From Candidatus Electronema halotolerans (GTDB taxonomy: Bacteria > Desulfobacterota > Desulfobulbia > Desulfobulbales > Desulfobulbaceae): a stretch of DNA of 32,000 nt. The notes below the pieces were generated by a model. That model saw only the letters and a list, made by a program, of their open reading frames with translations. It had not been told where the DNA came from and made no database searches. Both the position numbers and the translations under genes were made by a program. Below, piece after piece: positions 7,736-14,628 of this stretch (positions within the stretch are counted from its first letter, which is position 1; each line of letters starts with the position of its first letter). The stretch is from assembly GCA_942493095.1 (NCBI GenBank), contig OW818675.1, forward strand, positions 1,080,001-1,112,000, in the 5' to 3' direction.

Positions 7736-9016
7736 TCAGGAGGCTTCGTCCTGATTGAGATGGAAGAGGCTGCGCACCACGGCAATGCGCTCCTGCCGGT
7801 TGGCGCACTCGTGCTCGCTTTTCAGATATTGCAGCGGGTGATGAAGGAGCTTGCCAGCAATGGCTGAGGCCATCCGTTCCACGGACTTGCGCTCCTTGTC
7901 ACTGATGCCGTTCAGGCGGGACAGGGTTTTCTCCAGCTCGGCCTGGCAGATCGACTCAGCCGCAGCTTGCAGCTCAACAATGGTCGGCGTGACCTCCATT
8001 GCCTCCAGCCAGCGCATGAACTTGATCGTCTCCTCCTCAACAATGCGCTTGGCCTTGACCGCCTCCCGGTCGCGCTGCTCCTTGTTCATCTCCACCACAT
8101 TGTTGAGATCGTCAATGTCGTAAAGATAGACGTTGTCGAGCGTGTTGATCTCCGGGTCCAAGTCGCGGGGCACGGCAATGTCGATCAGGAACAGAGGCCT
8201 GTGGCGGCGGCGCGGCATGATTGAGGCCACGTCCTTTTTGCTGAGGATCAAGTCTGTTGCGCCGGTGGAGCTGATGAGTATGTCTGTTTCGGCCAGTTGT
8301 TCGAGCAGCTCGTCCAGACTGGCCGCCTGGCCTTTGAAGCGGGCCGCCAATTTCACCGCCCGCTCCAAGGTGCGGTTGACCACTGTCACCTCGGCAATGC
8401 CTTGGCTGATCAGATGCTCGGCAGCCAGCTCGGCCATCTCACCTGCGCCGACCAGCATGGCCTGCTTGCCCTGCAAGTCGCCGAATATCTTCCGGCCCAG
8501 CTCCACAGCAGCATAGGAAATCGACACGGCACTGGCCCCGATCCGGGTCTCTGTCCGCACCCGCTTGGCAGCCGAGAAGGCCTTGTGCAGGAGCCGGTTG
8601 AGAATCAGCCCCGCAGTCTTCTGCTCAGAGGCATGACGGTAGGCTTCCTTGAGCTGGCCAAGGATTTGGGCCTCGCCGACAATCATGGAATCCAAGCTGG
8701 CTGCGACGGTGAAGAGATGCCGCACCGCCTCGCTGCTGAAATGGGTGTAAATGCAGGGTTCCAAATCCTCCCAGCTCACCCGGCCTGCAAAGAGCAGTTC
8801 CAGCACCTCCCGCCTTGTCTGCTCCGGTTCCGCGCAGACAAAAAGCACTTCCACCCGGTTGCAGGTTGAGAGCAAGTAATGCTCTTTCAAGCTGCGGAGC
8901 TGGCGGAGCTGATTGAGCGGCTCCTCATAGCCGCTGCTCAGAGCCAGCTTTTCCCGGATTTCCAGCGGCGTGTTCTTGTGATTCACCCCCAGCAGGACAA
9001 TGGAGTCACGGCCCAT
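7736..9016 (-). CDS. hemA: Glutamyl-tRNA reductase
   Basis: LLGVNHKNTPLEIREKLAL...LLSTCNRVEV...SMIVGEAQILGQLK..Y...MLVGAGEMAELAAEHL are HemA signatures. Its stop abuts the lpxD stop (7735/7736). Confidence 0.92.
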   Translation of the reverse strand: MGRDSIVLLGVNHKNTPLEIREKLALSSGYEEPLNQLRQLRSLKEHYLLSTCNRVEVLFVCAEPEQTRREVLELLFAGRVSWEDLEPCIYTHFSSEAVRHLFTVAASLDSMIVGEAQILGQLKEAYRHASEQKTAGLILNRLLHKAFSAAKRVRTETRIGASAVSISYAAVELGRKIFGDLQGKQAMLVGAGEMAELAAEHLISQGIAEVTVVNRTLERAVKLAARFKGQAASLDELLEQLAETDILISSTGATDLILSKKDVASIMPRRRHRPLFLIDIAVPRDLDPEINTLDNVYLYDIDDLNNVVEMNKEQRDREAVKAKRIVEEETIKFMRWLEAMEVTPTIVELQAAAESICQAELEKTLSRLNGISDKERKSVERMASAIAGKLLHHPLQYLKSEHECANRQERIAVVRSLFHLNQDEAS

Positions 9017-9017
9017 C

Positions 9018-9824
9018 TCAGCTTCCTCCTCCTTTGAGCAGCAGAAAGAAGAAAGTCACTAAGGTGGCGCAGAAGGCCAGCATGGTCAGTAGGGCGACTT
9101 GACGGCCCCGCCAGCCCTTGGCAAAGCGCAGGTGCATCAGCCCGGCATAGAGCAGCCAGGTCACTAATGCCCCGACAATCTTGGAATGCCAGCCCCAGCT
9201 CCGTTGGCCGCCAAGCTGGAAGGCCCAGACCGAGCCGACAATCATGCCCAAGGTCATGAGGGGAAAGCCGATGCTGACGCAGTGCTGGTTGAGGGTGTCC
9301 AAGGTGTCGAGCGAGGGCAGGCGGTGATAGAAGAAGCCGAAGCGTTTCTGCTTGAGCTGCCGTTCCTGAATCAGGTACATCAGGCCGCCAATGGCTGCCA
9401 AGGCGAGAAAGGCATCCGCGACAATTGAGATGGAGGCATGAACCGGCAGCAGCCATGAGCGCAGCTCCGGCGGCAAGGGCATGATCTCATGCGGGGCAAA
9501 GGCGGCGGCCAGCATCAGCAGGGCCACTACGAGGGAGGCAAAGGCCCCGAAGTTCTTGACCGGGTAGCGCCAGCGGAAGGTGATATGGCCGCAGGCGATG
9601 GACCAGGCGAAAAAGGAGATGATCTCGTGAATGCTGGTGATCGGGGTGTGCCCGGCCTCAAGATAGCGGGCCGCGATGTTGACCGTGTGCAGGGCCGCAG
9701 CAGTGAAAAAGAAAGCCCGGCCCCAGCCGCGCACCTTCTTTTTTCTGCCGACAAAGAACACGGCGTAAAAAATGGCGGCAGCCCAGTATGCTGCCAGGCT
9801 GCAAAGAAAAAGCAGATAACTCAT
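9018..9824 (-). CDS. ccsA: Cytochrome c assembly protein (CcsA/HemX-like) membrane protein
   Basis: Polytopic membrane protein with the W-rich segment IISFFAWSIACGHITFRW. It sits directly upstream of hemA, as in hemAX-type operons. Confidence 0.6.
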   Translation of the reverse strand: MSYLLFLCSLAAYWAAAIFYAVFFVGRKKKVRGWGRAFFFTAAALHTVNIAARYLEAGHTPITSIHEIISFFAWSIACGHITFRWRYPVKNFGAFASLVVALLMLAAAFAPHEIMPLPPELRSWLLPVHASISIVADAFLALAAIGGLMYLIQERQLKQKRFGFFYHRLPSLDTLDTLNQHCVSIGFPLMTLGMIVGSVWAFQLGGQRSWGWHSKIVGALVTWLLYAGLMHLRFAKGWRGRQVALLTMLAFCATLVTFFFLLLKGGGS

Positions 9825-10474
9825 CTGTTCTGTTCCGGCTGAAAATCCGCGTCAGGCCCCAGAACTGCGCGCAGATGGCTGCGCAGCCGCTCCCATTGGC
9901 CGTTTCGTATCCAGTCGAGTATATCTGCATGCAGGATATTCGCAAACAGATTTTTTCGTGCGACCTCGTCCCGCTGCCCGGCCAGCTCCTGCGCCCGGAT
10001 CCGTCCCAGCAGGTCAAGCAGGACGGCGTATTCCGGGCCATAGTCGGCTTCGAGCCGCTTTCTGATCCGGGCGGACAGGGCCGGGCTTCGGCCATTGGTT
10101 GACACGGCAATGGTCAGGTCGCCCTGCCGGAGCACTGCTGGCACCTGAAAGCCGCACTGGTCCGGCGCGTCCGCCACATTGACCAACTGCCCAGCCGCTA
10201 CAGCTGTCTGCGCCACCAGCTCGTTGACCTGCCTGTTGTCAGTGGCGGCAAAGACCAGCATGGCCCCGGCCAGATCATCAGCCTGAAAGCAGCGGCCCAG
10301 CCAGTCAATCCGGCCTGCGGCGGCCAGCTCATGCAGCGGTTCAGTGAGCTGCGGACTGACCGCCCGCACCTGCGCCCCGGCCTTGAGCAGGGCACGTATC
10401 TTCCGCTCTGCCACCCTGCCCCCGCCGACCACCACGCAGAGCTGGCCGCTGATGTTGAGGGTGACAGGATACAT
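9821..10474 (-). CDS. Precorrin-2 dehydrogenase / sirohydrochlorin ferrochelatase (siroheme synthase N-terminal type)
   Basis: MYPVTLNISGQLCVVVGGGRVAERKIRALLKAGAQVRAVSP (Rossmann GGG motif), then ...LVFAATD...VN..V...A, typical of SirC/CysG-N. Its stop overlaps the next gene's start. Confidence 0.8.
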   Translation of the reverse strand: MYPVTLNISGQLCVVVGGGRVAERKIRALLKAGAQVRAVSPQLTEPLHELAAAGRIDWLGRCFQADDLAGAMLVFAATDNRQVNELVAQTAVAAGQLVNVADAPDQCGFQVPAVLRQGDLTIAVSTNGRSPALSARIRKRLEADYGPEYAVLLDLLGRIRAQELAGQRDEVARKNLFANILHADILDWIRNGQWERLRSHLRAVLGPDADFQPEQNR

Positions 10475-10492
10475 GCGGACAGATTAGACAGG

Positions 10493-10780
10493 TCAGCCGA
10501 TGATCTTGGGCACGACAAAGGCCTGGTCATTATGCTGCGGGCTGTTGGCCAAGGCCGCCTCCCGTGGCAGCGAGGGCCGCACCTCATCCTCGCGGAAGGC
10601 GTTGACCGCCTCCTGGCTCCGGGCCGCAGCCGACACCGCGCTGGTGTCCAGCTCATCCAGCTTGGCCACGTAACTGAGAATGTTGTCCAACTGGACAGTC
10701 ATCCGCCCGACCTCCTCTTCGCTCAGTTCCAAGCGGGCAAGGCGGGCGGTCTGTTCAACTTCAGATCGGGTGATTTTCAT
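10493..10780 (-). CDS. gatC: Asp-tRNA(Asn)/Glu-tRNA(Gln) amidotransferase subunit C
   Basis: From ATG 10780: MKITRSEVEQTARLARLELSEEEVGRMTVQLDNILSYVAKLDELDTS...FREDEVRPS, which is canonical GatC. The ORF-track start at 10936 is too long. Confidence 0.9.
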   Translation of the reverse strand: MKITRSEVEQTARLARLELSEEEVGRMTVQLDNILSYVAKLDELDTSAVSAAARSQEAVNAFREDEVRPSLPREAALANSPQHNDQAFVVPKIIG

Positions 10781-10942
10781 GGCTGGTTGATTGTGAAAAA
10801 GTGATGAGATTGCAAGCACGTCGCAGGGGCGGCCACAGGGGGCCGCCCTTACTGGAGAAAGACATGACTGATTGAGTATATCCTCATCCAGGATATTCGC
10901 CACATGTTTTCCCGCCCTGCCCTGCCCCCTTCTCAAGCAGGG

Positions 10943-11497
10943 TCAAGCATTCCTGAACTGATAGGCGGCCACGACTCCGCCGACTGCGCCGAACAGGTGT
11001 CCTTCAAAGGAGATGCAGCCCTTGGGGATGAAGCCGCCCAGCATGCCCCAGCCATAGACAACTGCGACAAACAGGGCCACCAGCACTGGCACAAAGGCCT
11101 TTTTCAGCAGGCCGTAGCTGATCAGGAAGGCGGCCAGACCGTAAATAAGCATGCTGGCCCCGATATGGTTGCCTGACCGGCCAAAGAGCCAGAGCAGCGG
11201 GCCGCTGCTGATGATGATCGTGACTATGACCGAGGCAAAGAGGCGGCGGTAGAAGATGGTCAGCAGCAGGCTGAGGACAAACAGCGGCACAGTGTTGCTG
11301 ACAATGTGGCCAAAGTTGGCGTGCAGGAAATTGCTGCTGACAATGCCGACCAGACCGCCGCAGGTGCGCGGCACAATCCCCCACGAGTTGAGGCGGCCCG
11401 GAATAATGAAGTCGGCCAGATAAATTGTCCAGATGGCGCAGACCAGATAGACCGGCCCAGCCGCGACCCCGAATCTGCTTGCTTGTGGGTTGTTCAT
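10943..11497 (-). CDS. Rhomboid-family intramembrane serine protease
   Basis: Six hydrophobic helices; FLHANFGHIVSN (H..H motif) and the GASMLIYGL catalytic Ser motif. Confidence 0.8.
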   Translation of the reverse strand: MNNPQASRFGVAAGPVYLVCAIWTIYLADFIIPGRLNSWGIVPRTCGGLVGIVSSNFLHANFGHIVSNTVPLFVLSLLLTIFYRRLFASVIVTIIISSGPLLWLFGRSGNHIGASMLIYGLAAFLISYGLLKKAFVPVLVALFVAVVYGWGMLGGFIPKGCISFEGHLFGAVGGVVAAYQFRNA

Positions 11498-11603
11498 GAC
11501 TCAACGGAATCAGGCTGCAATCGAGTCGCAGCTGTTGTTATTTTCTGATCAGGAGAAAGGAGGACAGTCTTGCGGAGCCGAGGCGTTGCTTCTGCCTGTC
11601 GGC

Positions 11604-12467
11604 TCAATGACAGCGTTGCAAGAAGCCGGGCAGCAGGTCCAGCACTTGGGCTAAGGCATCTTCGAGCACATAATGTCCAGCCTCTGGGAAATAATGGCTC
11701 TCTGCCTTGGGGAAACGCCGCCGCCACTCAGCATGAAAGTGATCATTGAAGCAGAAGTCCTGCCCGCCCCAGCAGATCAGCATCGGCTTATCGTGCAGCC
11801 GCGCCAAAGACTGCTCCACTGCACAGAGGGTGTCCCACGAGGGATGGCCGGGCCGCATGGGGATGTCCTGGACAAAGCGATGCACAGCCACCCGGTTGGC
11901 CCAGCTGTTGTAAGGCGCGAGAAAGCCTGCCTTGATCTCAGGCCGCATCTTCTTGCGCACGGCCATGAAGGTGGCTGGCCAAGCAAAGCCATTCAGGCCG
12001 CGCACTAACAGCGCGCCGAGCAGCGGCCAGCGGCAGACGGCTATCCGCAGGGCCAAGTGCTTGGAGCGGAAGGCGGCAGTATTGAAGACGATCAGCCCGG
12101 CGACCCGCTCCGGGTGCTGGCCTGCCCAGCCCATGCCAATGGCCCCGCCCCAGTCATGCACAGCCAGCACGCAGCGTTCAATGCGCAGGTGATCAAGCAG
12201 GGCAGTGAAGTTGTCTATATGATGCTGGAGACGATAGGGCCAGTCCTGCGGCTTGGCAGACAGGCCGCAGCCGAGATGATCCGGGGCAATGCAGCGGTGC
12301 GTGCGCCGCAGCGAGGCGATCAGGTTCCTATACAGGTACGACCAAGACGGATTGCCATGCGCCATGACCACAGGCAGGCCGTTGCCTTCATCGACGTAAG
12401 AAAGCTGGTAGCCGTCAGGAGTGGCAAAGGTTTGCGGGGTGAAAGGGTATTCAGCAAAGGTTGGCAT
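11604..12467 (-). CDS. Alpha/beta hydrolase (haloalkane dehalogenase-like fold)
   Basis: YVDEG.G.PVVMAHGNPSWSYLYRN...APDHLGCGLS.KP...LAVHDWGG (nucleophile elbow with Asp)... Confidence 0.8.
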   Translation of the reverse strand: MPTFAEYPFTPQTFATPDGYQLSYVDEGNGLPVVMAHGNPSWSYLYRNLIASLRRTHRCIAPDHLGCGLSAKPQDWPYRLQHHIDNFTALLDHLRIERCVLAVHDWGGAIGMGWAGQHPERVAGLIVFNTAAFRSKHLALRIAVCRWPLLGALLVRGLNGFAWPATFMAVRKKMRPEIKAGFLAPYNSWANRVAVHRFVQDIPMRPGHPSWDTLCAVEQSLARLHDKPMLICWGGQDFCFNDHFHAEWRRRFPKAESHYFPEAGHYVLEDALAQVLDLLPGFLQRCH

Positions 12468-12492
12468 TAGGAGTTTGGATAATGTTTAAAGA

Positions 12493-12549
12493 ATCGTCAT
12501 CACGCAGGCGGATGGAACGGCGATGATGAATGTCGGGATTGTATTGCAT
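12493..12549 (-). pseudogene. 5' stub of a second RAYT gene (first 19 codons only)
   Basis: ATGCAATACAATCCCGACATTCATCATCGCCGTTCCATCCGCCTGCGTGAT... is nearly identical to the start of the RAYT gene at 14427. It breaks off 25 nt from the hydrolase start codon. Confidence 0.7.
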
Positions 12550-12570
12550 GACATCACAGACCGGAGATGC

Positions 12571-12648
12571 GTAGGGGCGAAAAATTTTTCGCCCCTACAA
12601 CGGGCCAATTCCGTATTCCGTAGGGACAATTCATGAATTGTCCCTACG
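12571..12648. repeat. REP doublet (REP1 GTAGGGGCGAAAAATTTTTCGCCCCTAC + REP2 CGTAGGGACAATTCATGAATTGTCCCTACG)
   Basis: Two perfect 22-bp palindromic cores 20 nt apart. The same doublet, with an identical spacer AACGGGCCAATTCCGTATTC, recurs at 14470-14547. The RAYT stop codon lies inside REP2. Confidence 0.9.
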
Positions 12649-12882
12649 GATGCAGCGCATCCTCTTCCCAGTGGGTCGGATTATTACAGATATATTCACG
12701 AATGCGGTGCAGGTCGGCATCATCGCGGATGATATGTTCCCAGTAATTGCGTTGCCAGACGGTATGAACATCGGTATGTTGCCGCATCCATTTTGTCACC
12801 CAGATTTTGAATCCGCGCACGATTGAACCAATTGTTTTCGATGTGCCGTTTTGTAGGGGCGAAAAATTTTTCGCCCCGACGG
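12644..12882 (-). pseudogene. REP-associated tyrosine transposase (RAYT), C-terminal part, separated from its N-terminal part by the IS
   Basis: The reverse translation reads ..VGAKNFSPLQNGTSKTIGSIVRGFKIWVTKWMRQHTDVHTVWQRNYWEHIIRDDADLHRIREYICNNPTHWEEDALHP*. It joins in frame with 14427-14147 once the IS and one TSD copy are removed. Confidence 0.8.
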
Positions 12883-14146
12883 CTTACCATCCATCACTTT
12901 TCTTGACAGAGCTTGAACGCCGGAGTAAAAAGATTGAAAAAACAATTCGTTTATTCAAACTCTGTGAAATATGAGCACGATCAGTCATCTGGCAGAGGAA
13001 ATCTCGTCCGGCCTGCGAGACGTTTTGCCCGGAATTAACAGGAATCCTCTGCGCAAGTTAAGCTTGTGCGCGGCGGCGGTTTTGGAAGTTCAGAGTTGCA
13101 ATACTATGGACATGGCGGCTGTCCTTCCGCTGGAAACAGAACGGATTGACATGCGATATCAGTGGTTAAGCCGTTTCCTGAGCACAGACTCAATCGACAA
13201 TGATGATGTGATGCGGCCTTTCATCCGTCAGGCATTGGAGACGGCCTCCGCTTCGGGAGAAACGCTGATTCTGTGCATTGACCAGACGCAGCTATCCGAC
13301 CGTTTCGGCATTCTTTCGCTGTCATTGCGCTTCGGCGGTCGGGCCCTGCCTCTGCTATGGCGGGTCCGAAAAGGACAGGGCAATATCGGCTCGGATATCT
13401 GCATGGAACTTCTTGAAAAAATAAAATCATTCCTTCCAGAGGGCAGCAGAGTGCTGCTGCTCGGCGACCGTTTTTACGGTCAAGCGCCGCTGATTGCATT
13501 CTGCCACCGCAGCGGCTGGGATTATCGGCTCCGCCTCAAGGAAAATCTTAAAGTTTTCAATGAGGCCGGCGATGAGACATCTCTTGCGGACCTTGTTCCT
13601 GCTGAAAAGAAAGGTCGCAAGGAACTGCTTATGAAAAATATTTATCTGACAGAACAGCGGGTTCAGACAAATTTAAGCATTCTCCAGGAGCCGGGACATG
13701 ATGAGCCTTGGCTGCTGGCAGTCGGAGGAACTGAGCCAAATTATTATAAAACACTTGATTACGGCATGCGCTGGGGATGCGAGGCCATGTTCAGCGATTT
13801 CAAAACCAGGGGGTTCGGTTTGGAGGACACAAAACTGGAGCGCGCCGACAGAATCGCCAGACTGATGCTGATCCTCTCGGTCGCCATGCACTGGTGCGTA
13901 CTCGCCGGACTCCGCGACAGGATGCGGAACCCGCTTCCAAGAGAAAAAAAACTGAAAATTTCGGATTTGACGACGTTGCCGACAAGGATGCGGAACAGCA
14001 TGAGCTGCCGCCAGTCGTCAGAAAAACTTGGAGAAGTGTCTGTTCTTATTTCAAAAGAGGACTCAGGCTGCTCAGAAGATACGCTCAGATGCTCCGTCCC
14101 CTGCCTCCCTTGTTTTTTACATTGCGAAAAAGTGATGGATGGTAAG
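12883..14146 (+). mobile_element. IS4-family insertion sequence (1264 bp) inserted into the RAYT gene
   Basis: The terminal inverted repeats are CTTACCATCCATCACTTTT (12883-) and AAAAGTGATGGATGGTAAG (-14146). A 10-bp direct target duplication GCCCCGACGG sits at 12873-12882 and 14147-14156. An internal TTGACA-17-TAAAAA (12903-) precedes the transposase. Confidence 0.85.
12971..14145 (+). CDS. IS4-family DDE transposase; a -1 frame change at the A8 run (13944-13951) is needed to reach the IS-internal stop
   Basis: LCIDQT (D), LLLGDRFY (D) and YGMRWGCEAMFSDFK (the Y-2-R-3-E-6-K signature). The zero frame reads through the IS end to 14188. The -1 frame gives ..KTENFGFDD...SYFKRGLRLLRRY... and stops at 14145 inside the right IR. 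Confidence 0.75.
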
Positions 14147-14427
14147 GCCCCGACGGTGTCGGTCAAAACCACAATTCCATGCAGATGATTCGGCATGATG
14201 ACCCATTCATCCAATGCCGAATGTGGAAAATGCGATGGAATTTCCCGCCAGCATTGTGCCGCAATCCGGCCTGCCGCATTCAACATCATTACACCGTCCG
14301 CAATTTCCCCAAATAAACATTCGTGGTTATGGGTGCAGACGGTGACAAAATACGCCCCGGCCTGCGAATAATCGTAATCACGCAGGCGGATGGAACGGCG
14401 ATGATGAATATCGGGATTGTATTGCAT
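14147..14427 (-). pseudogene. RAYT, N-terminal part
   Basis: MQYNPDIHHRRSIRLRDYDYSQAGAYFVTVCTHNHECLFGEI......PNHLHGIVVLTDTVGA is the IS200-like Y1 HUH (HLH) motif region. The ORF-track continuation past 14147 runs into IS sequence. Confidence 0.8.
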
Positions 14428-14469
14428 CACAAATTTGCGGGTTGCGATTGGTTTCGTGTTGCAATCACC

Positions 14470-14547
14470 GTAGGGGCGAAAAATTTTTCGCCCCTACAAC
14501 GGGCCAATTCCGTATTCCGTAGGGACAATTCATGAATTGTCCCTACG
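14470..14547. repeat. REP doublet (REP1 + REP2), upstream of the RAYT gene and downstream of rhs
   Basis: Same sequence and spacing as 12571-12648. Confidence 0.9.
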
Positions 14548-14628
14548 ATGGGAAGAGAACGCAGCAGGCCGAACGGTTGCTTTGGTGGGGTGCTGGCAAG
14601 GCAAAATGCGCAAATGATAGCCCGCTTG

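Noticed and set aside
7733-7738. The lpxD and hemA stop codons abut with no intergenic space or terminator
   Set aside because: Convergent genes with touching stops are common in compact genomes. Nothing further is visible.
9917-10900. 27-nt near-palindromic motif GAGTATATC..CAT.CAGGATATTCGC present twice (9917-9943 inside the sirC-like gene; 10874-10900 between the rhomboid gene and gatC), 24/27 identical
   Set aside because: There are only two copies. One is coding (..ANILHADIL..), and the other translates to a similar peptide (..ANILDEDIL..), so the second is most simply a decayed duplicate of the gene's 3' end and not an operator. A genome-wide motif search could revisit this.
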